Shown piece after piece: positions 12,172-24,286 of a stretch of 64,000 nt of DNA. How positions within the stretch are numbered: the first letter of the stretch is position 1; every line of letters starts with the position of its first letter. The notes beneath the pieces are model-generated. The model did not search any database. It saw nothing but the letters and a program-made list of their open reading frames with translations, and had not been told where the DNA came from. Both the position numbers and the translations under genes were made by a program. The stretch spans positions 9,796,001 through 9,860,000 of the forward strand of contig OZ024765.1 in assembly GCA_964016885.1 (NCBI GenBank), written 5' to 3'. This DNA comes from Eledone cirrhosa (taxonomy: Eukaryota).

Positions 12172-13369
12172 ACATGGCTTGTATATATACTTTAATTATT
12201 ATATTCGTACAACGAAGTTATGAACTGGAAGCATTAGAGCAAAATCTAGCATTAACAATATTTTGTGAGACTAAACATGGAATGGACAAAGAGATTATTA
12301 GAAGAAGGGCAATTGTCTCTATCTTAAACGTCAATACATTCTACAGAAAATCGAAATGAGAATAATTACAGAGATACTTTACAAAATGTTTCGCGATATG
12401 GTTCAAGTTATTTTGTAGTAATATGCAGCTATATTTATACATGTCTCTTATACCCCTCCACGAGGAATTGTGAATATGTATGAATATGATTTTAAAGATG
12501 GCTAAACATGTTGAAGAAAAAAAAAGGAATTCAGATGATAGGAATAATAAAACATTCCTTTGCCGAGAGGTCTAAAATACTAGTTCAATGATATGTGTGA
12601 TACGACCTAGAATATTGTTTTGGGGCCTGGTCAGAGGACTTCAGAAAATACGGAGAAGCTATTGAAGGAATCCAGAAAAGAACAAAACAGAAAACACCAG
12701 AATTATTAAGAAATCTGTCTTCTGAAGAAAGATGTTAAACTTTAGGGATTGCAAATTTAGAGGAGATAAATCTAAGAGGGTGGGGGGACATGATAGAAAT
12801 ATATATTTAAAGGACTAATATTTAAATAGTAGTACACTATTCCAATGTAAAGCCCTGAATAACTACAGCTTTCGGGGAGATATATCAAACGAGTGACATG
12901 ATAGAAATATTTAAAATAATGAAAAGAATACAATATACAGTATTGCAGAAGTAAATGTAAATATAAGAAGACATCACCATTGTACTGCAGATGAAAGTCA
13001 GTACTCTTTACATTTATCCCAGGTATATAGAAAGCTATCCTGATGTCCACTGATTGAAATATAAAACAATAAAGAAACGCCACAATCCACTAAACGTTAG
13101 TAATAATCCAATTTCCTCTCAGCCGCCATTTACAGTAGAAAATAGTAAGAAAAACAGTCACACTCAGAAGTTAATGCAGTGAAAACAATAAAAATATTAT
13201 TAATAAATAATAATAATTTCATTTCATATTATCATTAAATTGTTTGTCTATTTTTATTGTAAACATAAAATATATACATAAATATATATACGTGATATAT
13301 TTATTATTATTATTATTATTATATATATAGATTCATACATATACATCGATACATTCTGTGAGTATGTCT

Positions 13370-13510
13370 TACTTAGGCAAAAGTCAAGTAATTTGCGGGG
13401 AGGAACCAATCCGTTAAATTGATCCCAGTACATGACTGGTACTATAAGTTATCTGCTCCCAAATCATAAAATTATGGATTGATCTAAACACTGAGAACAC
13501 AAAGGTGGGG
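13370..13510 (-). mobile_element. Highly decayed SINE copy inside each array unit
   Basis: ttaggcaaaagtcaagtaatttgcggggagg...gatcccagtacatgactggtactataagttatc aligns to the reverse complement of the SINE at 829-1020. Confidence 0.65.
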
Positions 13511-15290
13511 TAAAATTATTTAAAAATTGAGGTTTTAATATTTTATCTTTTATTTACAAATTATATATCTTGGTGTCATATTTAAGGATATAATGTAGTT
13601 ATTGGTGGAAATAATATAATATGTGATGAAGAGGTGTATATAACTGTGGATATAGAATTGTTTTAATCATTATTTTTAACGGACGAAAAAACTACGTAAT
13701 GACTTCTAGTCGGGGTTACGGGAAATTACGGCAAAGACCCTCATATATAGGAATCGGGCTAAACAATTTACGGGCACGCCGCTCTAAGTTGGAATATTTT
13801 TCACACACATAGACACGGGAGTTAGGTATGACATACTTCAAATAAGAGAACATTATTACAGACGGAGTCATTGTAGGTTGAAATCATTGTTAGACAGATC
13901 AGAAAGAAAATGGATATTTAATTCATGAAAAAACCTGAAGTGTGAAAGACAGAGTCGATCCTTTCTAGTAACAACACTAAGAAACCCATGAACGCCACCA
14001 CGTCCTAAATCTAACTCTGCGATCTTCATATCAAATCGAAATACTTCACCAACTGTGGAAGATGAAGGATTGAAGAACTATGATATATAGCTAAGAGGCT
14101 TGTCTCCAGAACATTTAGTAGGGTGTAAGCCAAGTGTTGCCAAATATTTTGTCGTCATTACCCACATTCACATGAAAAAATGTTCCACCAGCCACCTGTA
14201 TAGTAAATATTCCAAAGTATACCAAATATGTTTCGTAAATGTTTGTTCCTGGTTTAATTTTCCCAATTAGCTTCCTGATTTTTATTCAGGTTCTTTGCAT
14301 ATATTCCTTGAATAGGTTTTCGGCTAGCATACCTTCTTAAATCTCAAAATTCTATATCGGCCACCAAAGTTTCCAATGGCCCTCAATTTTCTGTTCAGCT
14401 GCTCATCGTCCACCCAACAGTTGAAATCGCCCAGTTGAGGAACCCCTGTGGGTAAGCTACCTCGAATGATGCTATATATTAATCGAGAGAAGGAGGTGAC
14501 TATTATAATTTTTATAAGTAATAATCTTTTAAAGACAAGAGGAAATTTCATCATTAAAATCATAAATATATGTCTACAGAATACAGATTATCAAAATGAA
14601 ATTAAAAGCAAGTAAATCAGGGGCCACTAAACTTTACATATTTAGTTTTATTTCTATCGTGAAAAATGTTGATCTTCAGATATTAGATTATGGCTGTAAT
14701 TGTCTTTGTGTTTACGTGTTTGTTTGAAATCCTTTTTTAATGTTTGTCTCTCTTTAAACATCGTTTATAGTTTGTTAAAATTAATTTTAGATTATTCGTA
14801 CCTCGTCTGTGTGGTTTATTTTGATGTAGCCTCCCTGTCTTGTTTATTGGTTACATTTTAAATGTGATATACAGGAACATCAGACATTAAAATGAAATGT
14901 TACGTAAAACACACACCTTGTGTTTATTCCAGGTATTTAGATAGATGTCCAGATGTCCACTGACAACAAAATAATACAATCATCCAGTGAAACTTGGTAA
15001 TAATCCAGGTTCGTTGCAGCCACCATTTACAGTAAACAATGGTTAGAAAGAATCAAAAACAAAAACAAAAGACATATTCAGCAGTTAATGAAGTGAAAAC
15101 AAAATCAAAACAACTTTACTAAATAAAATTCATTTCTTAATTTCAATAAGGTTTTTTGTTCTTTCTTTTATAAAAAAAAACAAATTTTAATTAAAATATG
15201 TTGAATATAATATGGGACATTACTACAAAGTACAGCATTATTAGTTCAAATCTTACTTAATAAAAGCAATAAATACGAAGTTATTAGTAT

Positions 15291-15403
15291 AGAACCTAAC
15301 GGAAATCGAACCCAAAATGAGGATCTCCACCGTCTCTAGTACTTACCATTAGGCCACAGGGACGGTTACAAAAATTTTTTGAAAATTAATATTTACTTAC
15401 CTA
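15291..15403 (-). ncRNA. tRNA-like Pol III-type module 1 of unit 1
   Basis: Minus strand: taaatattaattttca...GTCCCTG TGGCCTAATGG taagtactagagacggtggagatcctcatttt GGGTTCGATT. Confidence 0.55.
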
Positions 15404-15578
15404 TACTAGAAAAAACCGGAAGTGGAGAAAATTGAAAAACTTTTTCTTTTTCTTCCTCTGATTTTTGCCACGAACGATAACTCGTCTCTGACTTAAATCC
15501 AAATTTTGGATAAAAAAAAATCAGAGGAAGAAAAAGAAGATGTTTTTCAATTTTCTCCACTTCCGGTTTTTTCTAGTA
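15404..15578. repeat. Inverted repeat (~63-bp arms, ~50-bp spacer) with CCGGAAGT motifs, in every unit
   Basis: tactagaaaaaaccggaagtggagaaaattgaaaaa...cttcctctgattttt / aaaaatcagaggaag...tttttcaattttctccacttccggttttttctagta. The spacer contains atccaaattttggat. Confidence 0.92.
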
Positions 15579-15582
15579 ATGA

Positions 15583-15716
15583 AAAAGTAGGTTTATAAAT
15601 ATCAATTTTCAGTAAGTTTCCGTAACCGTCCCTTTAGCCTAGTGGTAAGTATAAGAGCCGGTGGAGGTCCAAGTCCGGGGTTCAATCACTGGCAGTGTGT
15701 CGTATTATATTTTTTA
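15583..15716 (+). ncRNA. tRNA-like Pol III-type module 2 of unit 1
   Basis: aaaagtaggtttataaatatcaattttca...GTCCCTT TAGCCTAGTGG...GGTTCAATC...TTTTTTT. Confidence 0.55.
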
Positions 15717-15735
15717 TAGTATAAAACAAAAATAA

Positions 15736-15874
15736 AAAAGTAACTTTATAAATATTAATTTTCACACTGTTTTTATATCTGTCTCCGTGGCCTAATGGTA
15801 GGTATTAGAGACGGTGGAGAACCTGCACTGGGTTTCGATCTCAGTCAAAGTCTATAGGTAATAATTTCATTTTT
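15736..15874 (+). ncRNA. tRNA-like Pol III-type module 3 of unit 1
   Basis: aaaagtaactttataaatattaattttca...GTCTCCG TGGCCTAATGG taggt...actggg TTTCGAT ctcagt...TTTTTT. Confidence 0.55.
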
Positions 15875-15888
15875 TACTTTGCTAGAGA

Positions 15889-16021
15889 AAAATATATAGT
15901 ACAGATTCGGACTGAGATTGAACACCACATCAGTGTCTACATAGTCTCTAACACCTACCATTAGGCCAACGAAACATATACAAGAACATAAGAAAAAATT
16001 TATATTTATAAACCTACTTTC
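15889..16021 (-). ncRNA. tRNA-like Pol III-type module 4 of unit 1
   Basis: Minus strand: aaagtaggtttataaatataaatttt...GTTTCGT TGGCCTAATGG taggt...GTGTTCAATCTCAGTC...TTTTT. Confidence 0.5.
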
Positions 16022-16949
16022 AATTTCCAAGCAAAATAGATGTGCTGGCGTTCATGGCTTTCTCATTGTTATTTCTACTATAATCGGGTCAATGTTTACA
16101 TTTATTCTTCTGGGGCTTTCATAAAATATATTTTCACTTTTTTTCGGGTTCATTAGATCCTACAACCAGATGATCTACAGGGACCTTCTTCATGGTCATA
16201 GCTGATTATTAAATATATACGGGAGAGTGTGTGTGTGTGTGTGTATTAGATTAGATCTTGCCGTGATGTACTCAGCAATAATAGTTTTCAATTCCGTCGT
16301 TCCTCCATCCTTGGTGTGTATATAAATATATATGTGATTTTAACGTACAACGGCGACAATATATAAATCTGTTTTGTTTGATAATAATTAGATAAAAATT
16401 ATTGCTAGAGATTGATCCCTAATATTTTATCTCACTCCTTAACCAGGGAGGAAAGGTCCTCAGACTCGGACAATGTTGATAAGGAGAGCAGAGTGTATCC
16501 TTATTTGTCACGTCTTTCCAGTTGTCACGGTATATAAAAGGCAGTAGTACTAGTCACTCCTGCGAAAGACGTTGTCAGTTAGCCTTCTGTAACGAGAGAA
16601 GAATGTCGTGACTTTTTCCTTCCTATCACATAATTCATACATTTGTCATCCTTTAGATATCAATATACAAGAGAAAGAAGAAAATTGAGGACTTCGGTCT
16701 TTTAAAAGTAACATTTATTACATTAGAGCAAAATCTTGCATTAACAATATTTTGTGAGACTAAACATGGAATGGACAAAGAGATTATTAGAAGAAGGGCA
16801 ATTGTCTCTATCTTAAACGTCAATACATTCTACAGAAAATCGAAATGAGAATAATTACAGAGATACTTTACAAAATGTTTCGCGATATGGTTCAAGTTAT
16901 TTTGTAGTAATATGCAGCTATATTTATACATGTCTCTTATACCCCTCCA

Positions 16950-17690
16950 CGAGGAATTGTGAATATGTATGAATATGATTTTAAAGATGGCTAAACATGT
17001 TGAAGAAAAAAAAAGGAATTCAGATGATAGGAATAATAAAACATTCCTTTGCCAAGCTAAATGTCGAGAAGTCTAAAACACTAGTTGAATGATATGTGTG
17101 ATAGGACCTAGAATATTGTTTTGGGGCCTGGTCAGAGGACTTCAGAAAATACGGAGAAGCTATTGAAGGAATCCAGAAAAGAACAAAACAGAAAACACCA
17201 GAATTATTAAGAAATCTGTCTTCTGAAGAAAGATGTTAAACTTTAGGGATTGCAAATTTAGAGGAGATAAATCTAAGAGGGTGGGGGGACATGATAGAAA
17301 TATATATTTAAAGGACTAATATTTAAATAGTAGTACACTATTCCAATGTAAAGCCCTGAATAACTACAGCTTTCGGGGAGATATATCAAACGAGTGACAT
17401 GATAGAAATATTTAAAATAATGAAAAGAATACAATATACAGTATTGCAGAAGTAAATGTAAATATAAGAAGACATCACCATTGTACTGCAGATGAAAGTC
17501 AGTACTCTTTACATCTATCCCAGGTATATAGAAAGCTATCCTGATGTCCACTGATCGAAATATAAAACAATAAAGAAACGCCACGATCCACTAAACGTTA
17601 GTAATAATCCAATTTCCTCTCAGCCGCCATTTACAGTAGAAAATAGTAAGAAAAACAGTCACACTCAGAAGTTAATGCAGTGAAAACAAT
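16950..17690 (+). pseudogene. Decayed CR1-type LINE ORF2 C-terminal region (present in all 7 unit copies; best preserved in units 2-3)
   Basis: LKMAKHVEEK / IQMIGIIKHSFAKLNVEKSKTLVE*YV**DLEYCFGAWSEDFRKYGEAIEGIQKR...PELLRNLSSEERC*TLGIANLEEINLRG..DMIEIY, plus a second DMIEIFKIMK. This matches the CR1 pattern MLGxIKRSF...HLEY...WSP...LExIQxR...YEERL...LRGDMIE. Confidence 0.8.
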
Positions 17691-19788
17691 AAAAATATTA
17701 TTAATAAATAATAATAATTTCATTTCATATTATCATTAAATTGTTTGTCTATTTTTATTGTAAACATAAAATATATACATAAATATATATACGTGATATA
17801 TATATTATTATTATTATTATATATATAGATTCATACATATACATCGATACATTCTGTGAGTATGTCTTACTTAGGCAAAAGTCAAGTAATTTGCGGGGAG
17901 GAACCAATCCGTTAAATTGATCCCAGTACATGACTGGTACTATAAGTTATCTGCTCCAAAATCATAAAATTATGGATTGATCTAAACACTGAGAACACAA
18001 AGGTGGGGTAAAATTATTTAAAAATTGAGGTTTTAATATTTTATCTTTTATTTACAAATTATATATTTTGGTGTCATATTTAAGGATATAATGTAGTTAT
18101 TGGTGGAAATAATATAATATGTGATGAAGAGGTGTATATAACTGTGGATATAGAATTGTTTTAATCATTATTTTTAACGGACGAAAAAACTACATAATGA
18201 CTTCTAGTCGGGGTTACGTGAAATTACGGCAAAGACCCTCAAATATAGGAATCGGGCTAAACAATTTACGGGCACGTCGCTCTAAGTTGGAATATTTTTC
18301 ACACACATAGACACGGGAGTTAGGTATGACATACTTCAAATAAGAGAACATTATTACAGACGGAGTCATTGTAGGTTGAAATCATTGTTAGACAGATCAG
18401 AAAGAAAATGGATATTTAATTCATGAAAAAACCTGAAGTGTGAAAGACAGAGTCGATCCTTTCTAGTAACAACACTAAGAAACCCATGAACGCCACCACG
18501 TCCTAAATCTAACTCTGCGATCGTCAAATCAAATCGAAATACTTCACCAACTGTGGAAGATGAAGGATTGAAGAACTATGATATATAGCTAAGAGGCTTG
18601 TCTCCAGAACATTTAGTAGGGTGTAAGCCAAGTGTTGCCAAATATTTTGTCGTCATTACCCACATTCACATGAAAAAATGTTCCACCAGCCACCTGTATA
18701 GTAAATATTCCAAAGTATACCAAATATGTTTCGTAAATGTTTGTTCCTGGTTTAATTTTCCCAATTAGCTTCCTGATTTTTATTCAGGTTCTTTGCATAT
18801 ATTCCTTGAATAGGTTTTCGGCTAGCATACCTTCTTAAATCTCAAAATTCTATATCGGCCACCAAAGTTTCCAATGGCCCTCAATTTTCTGTTCAGCTGC
18901 TCATCGTCCACCTAACAGTTGAAATCGCCCAGTTGAGGAACCCCTGTGGGTAAGCTACCTCGAATGATGCTATATATTAATCGAGAGAAGGAGGTGACTA
19001 TTATAATTTTTATAAGTAATAATCTTTTAAAGACAAGAGGAAATTTCATCATTAAAATCATAAATATATGTCTACAGAATACAGATTATCAAAATGAAAT
19101 TAAAAGCAAGTAAATCAGGGGCCACTAAACTTTACATATTTAGTTTTATTTCTATCGTGAAAAATGTTGATCTTCAGATATTAGATTATGGCTGTAATTG
19201 TCTTTGTGTTTACGTGTTTGTTTGAAATCCTTTTTTAATGTTTGTCTCTCTTTAAACATCGTTTATAGTTTGTTAAAATTAATTTTAGATTATTCGTACC
19301 TCGTCTGTGTGGTTTATTTTGATGTAGCCTCCCTGTCTTGTTTATTGGTTACATTTTAAATGTGATATACAGGAACATCAGACATTAAAATGAAATGTTA
19401 CGTAAAACACACACCTTGTGTTTATTCCAGGTATTTAGATAGATGTCCAGATGTCCACTGACAACAAAATAATACAATCATCCAGTGAAACTTGGTAATA
19501 ATCCAGGTTCGTTGCAGCCACCATTTACAGTAAACAATGGTTAGAAAGAATCAAAAACAAAAACAAAAGACATATTCAGCAGTTAATGAAGTGAAAACAA
19601 AATCAAAACAACTTTACTAAATAAAATTCATTTCTTAATTTCAATAAGGTTTTTTGTTCTTTCTTTTATAAAAAAAAACAAATTTTAATTAAAATATGTT
19701 GAATATAATATGGGACATTACTACAAAGTACAGCATTATTAGTTCAAATCTTACTTAATAAAAGCAATAAATACGAAGTTATTAGTAT

Positions 19789-20519
19789 AGAACCTAACGG
19801 AAATCGAACCCAAAATGAGGATCTCCACCGTCTCTAGTACTTACCATTAGGCCACAGGGACGGTTACAAAAATTTTTTGAAAATTAATATTTACTTACCT
19901 ATACTAGAAAAAACCGGAAGTGGAGAAAATTGAAAAACTTTTTCTTTTTCTTCCTCTGATTTTTGCCACGAACGATAACTCGTCTCTGACTTAAATCCAA
20001 ATTTTGGATAAAAAAAAATCAGAGGAAGAAAAAGAAGATGTTTTTCAATTTTCTCCACTTCCGGTTTTTTCTAGTAATGAAAAAGTAGGTTTATAAATAT
20101 CAATTTTCAGTAAGTTTCCGTAACCGTCCCTTTAGCCTAGTGGTAAGTATAAGAGCCGGTGGAGGTCCAAGTCCGGGGTTCAATCACTGGCAGTGTGTCG
20201 TATTATATTTTTTATAGTATAAAACAAAAATAAAAAAGTAACTTTATAAATATTAATTTTCACACTGTTTTTATATCTGTCTCCGTGGCCTAATGGTAGG
20301 TATTAGAGACGGTGGAGAACCTGCACTGGGTTTCGATCTCAGTCAAAGTCTATAGGTAATAATTTCATTTTTTACTTTGCTAGAGAAAAATATATAGTAC
20401 AGATTCGGACTGAGATTGAACACCACATCAGTGTCTACATAGTCTCTAACACCTACCATTAGGCCAACGAAACATATACAAGAACATAAGAAAAAATTTA
20501 TATTTATAAACCTACTTTC
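19789..20519. ncRNA. Four tRNA-like modules + palindrome, unit 2
   Basis: Copy of 15291-16021. Confidence 0.55.
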
Positions 20520-23500
20520 AATTTCCAAGCAAAATAGATGTGCTGGCGTTCATGGCTTTCTCATTGTTATTTCTACTATAATCGGGTCAATGTTTACATT
20601 TATTCTTCTGGGGCTTTCATAAAATATATTTTCACTTTTTTTCGGGTTCATTAGATCCTACAACCAGATGATCTACAGGGACCTTCTTCATGGTCATAGC
20701 TGATTATTAAATATATACGGGAGAGTGTGTGTGTGTGTGTGTATTAGATTAGATCTTGCCGTGATGTACTCAGCAATAATAGTTTTCAATTCCGTCGTTC
20801 CTCCATCCTTGGTGTGTATATAAATATATATGTGATTTTAACGTACAACGGCGACAATATATAAATCTGTTTTGTTTGATAATAATTAGATAAAAATTAT
20901 TGCTAGAGATTGATCCCTAATATTTTATCTCACTCCTTAACCAGGGAGGAAAGGTCCTCAGACTCGGACAATGTTGATAAGGAGAGCAGAGTGTATCCTT
21001 ATTTGTCACGTCTTTCCAGTTGTCACGGTATATAAAAGGCAGTAGTACTAGTCACTCCTGCGAAAGACGTTGTCAGTTAGCCTTCTGTAACGAGAGAAGA
21101 ATGTCGTGACTTTTTCCTTCCTATCACATAATTCATACATTTGTCATCCTTTAGATATCAATATACAAGAGAAAGAAGAAAATTGAGGACTTCGGTCTTT
21201 TAAAAGTAACATTTATTACATTAGAGCAAAATCTTGCATTAACAATATTTTGTGAGACTAAACATGGAATGGACAAAGAGATTATTAGAAGAAGGGCAAT
21301 TGTCTCTATCTTAAACGTCAATACATTCTACAGAAAATCGAAATGAGAATAATTACAGAGATACTTTACAAAATGTTTCGCGATATGGTTCAAGTTATTT
21401 TGTAGTAATATGCAGCTATATTTATACATGTCTCTTATACCCCTCCACGAGGAATTGTGAATATGTATGAATATGATTTTAAAGATGGCTAAACATGTTG
21501 AAGAAAAAAAAAGGAATTCAGATGATAGGAATAATAAAACATTCCTTTGCCAAGCTAAATGTCGAGAAGTCTAAAACACTAGTTGAATGATATGTGTGAT
21601 AGGACCTAGAATATTGTTTTGGGGCCTGGTCAGAGGACTTCAGAAAATACGGAGAAGCTATTGAAGGAATCCAGAAAAGAACAAAACAGAAAACACCAGA
21701 ATTATTAAGAAATCTGTCTTCTGAAGAAAGATGTTAAACTTTAGGGATTGCAAATTTAGAGGAGATAAATCTAAGAGGGTGGGGGGACATGATAGAAATA
21801 TATATTTAAAGGACTAATATTTAAATAGTAGTACACTATTCCAATGTAAAGCCCTGAATAACTACAGCTTTCGGGGAGATATATCAAACGAGTGACATGA
21901 TAGAAATATTTAAAATAATGAAAAGAATACAATATACAGTATTGCAGAAGTAAATGTAAATATAAGAAGACATCACCATTGTACTGCAGATGAAAGTCAG
22001 TACTCTTTACATCTATCCCAGGTATATAGAAAGCTATCCTGATGTCCACTGATCGAAATATAAAACAATAAAGAAACGCCACGATCCACTAAACGTTAGT
22101 AATAATCCAATTTCCTCTCAGCCGCCATTTACAGTAGAAAATAGTAAGAAAAACAGTCACACTCAGAAGTTAATGCAGTGAAAACAATAAAAATATTATT
22201 AATAAATAATAATAATTTCATTTCATATTATCATTAAATTGTTTGTCTATTTTTATTGTAAACATAAAATATATACATAAATATATATACGTGATATATA
22301 TATTATTATTATTATTATATATATAGATTCATACATATACATCGATACATTCTGTGAGTATGTCTTACTTAGGCAAAAGTCAAGTAATTTGCGGGGAGGA
22401 ACCAATCCGTTAAATTGATCCCAGTACATGACTGGTACTATAAGTTATCTGCTCCAAAATCATAAAATTATGGATTGATCTAAACACTGAGAACACAAAG
22501 GTGGGGTAAAATTATTTAAAAATTGAGGTTTTAATATTTTATCTTTTATTTACAAATTATATATTTTGGTGTCATATTTAAGGATATAATGTAGTTATTG
22601 GTGGAAATAATATAATATGTGATGAAGAGGTGTATATAACTGTGGATATAGAATTGTTTTAATCATTATTTTTAACGGACGAAAAAACTACATAATGACT
22701 TCTAGTCGGGGTTACGTGAAATTACGGCAAAGACCCTCAAATATAGGAATCGGGCTAAACAATTTACGGGCACGTCGCTCTAAGTTGGAATATTTTTCAC
22801 ACACATAGACACGGGAGTTAGGTATGACATACTTCAAATAAGAGAACATTATTACAGACGGAGTCATTGTAGGTTGAAATCATTGTTAGACAGATCAGAA
22901 AGAAAATGGATATTTAATTCATGAAAAAACCTGAAGTGTGAAAGACAGAGTCGATCCTTTCTAGTAACAACACTAAGAAACCCATGAACGCCACCACGTC
23001 CTAAATCTAACTCTGCGATCGTCAAATCAAATCGAAATACTTCACCAACTGTGGAAGATGAAGGATTGAAGAACTATGATATATAGCTAAGAGGCTTGTC
23101 TCCAGAACATTTAGTAGGGTGTAAGCCAAGTGTTGCCAAATATTTTGTCGTCATTACCCACATTCACATGAAAAAATGTTCCACCAGCCACCTGTATAGT
23201 AAATATTCCAAAGTATACCAAATATGTTTCGTAAATGTTTGTTCCTGGTTTAATTTTCCCAATTAGCTTCCTGATTTTTATTCAGGTTCTTTGCATATAT
23301 TCCTTGAATAGGTTTTCGGCTAGCATACCTTCTTAAATCTCAAAATTCTATATCGGCCACCAAAGTTTCCAATGGCCCTCAATTTTCTGTTCAGCTGCTC
23401 ATCGTCCACCTAACAGTTGAAATCGCCCAGTTGAGGAACCCCTGTGGGTAAGCTACCTCGAATGATGCTATATATTAATCGAGAGAAGGAGGTGACTATT

Positions 23501-24286
23501 ATAATTTTTATAAGTAATAATCTTTTAAAGACAAGAGGAAATTTCATCATTAAAATCATAAATATATGTCTACAGAATACAGATTATCAAAATGAAATTA
23601 AAAGCAAGTAAATCAGGGGCCACTAAACTTTACATATTTAGTTTTATTTCTATCGTGAAAAATGTTGATCTTCAGATATTAGATTATGGCTGTAATTGTC
23701 TTTGTGTTTACGTGTTTGTTTGAAATCCTTTTTTAATGTTTGTCTCTCTTTAAACATCGTTTATAGTTTGTTAAAATTAATTTTAGATTATTCGTACCTC
23801 GTCTGTGTGGTTTATTTTGATGTAGCCTCCCTGTCTTGTTTATTGGTTACATTTTAAATGTGATATACAGGAACATCAGACATTAAAATGAAATGTTACG
23901 TAAAACACACACCTTGTGTTTATTCCAGGTATTTAGATAGATGTCCAGATGTCCACTGACAACAAAATAATACAATCATCCAGTGAAACTTGGTAATAAT
24001 CCAGGTTCGTTGCAGCCACCATTTACAGTAAACAATGGTTAGAAAGAATCAAAAACAAAAACAAAAGACATATTCAGCAGTTAATGAAGTGAAAACAAAA
24101 TCAAAACAACTTTACTAAATAAAATTCATTTCTTAATTTCAATAAGGTTTTTTGTTCTTTCTTTTATAAAAAAAAACAAATTTTAATTAAAATATGTTGA
24201 ATATAATATGGGACATTACTACAAAGTACAGCATTATTAGTTCAAATCTTACTTAATAAAAGCAATAAATACGAAGTTATTAGTAT

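Noticed and set aside
13051-13053. TGA conserved at the same codon (PDVH*/PDVD*) in diverged CR1-tail paralogs (13051, 14961, 40271) as possible readthrough/Sec codon
   Set aside because: The surrounding frames have other stops and frameshifts; the simplest explanation is a stop inherited before duplication.
12772-13083. 103/141-aa minus-strand ORF repeated in every unit
   Set aside because: It is the antisense of the decayed CR1 fragment. Conservation reflects recent duplication only, and its length changes with a 1-bp indel.
14630-14690. Minus-strand CTGAAGA...GAAA hammerhead-like motif in each unit
   Set aside because: Stems I and III do not pair properly, and GAAA is absent in the A-block paralog.
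15628-15850. Functional tRNA genes
   Set aside because: A/B boxes are present but acceptor and anticodon stems cannot be formed. Reported as tRNA-like modules instead.
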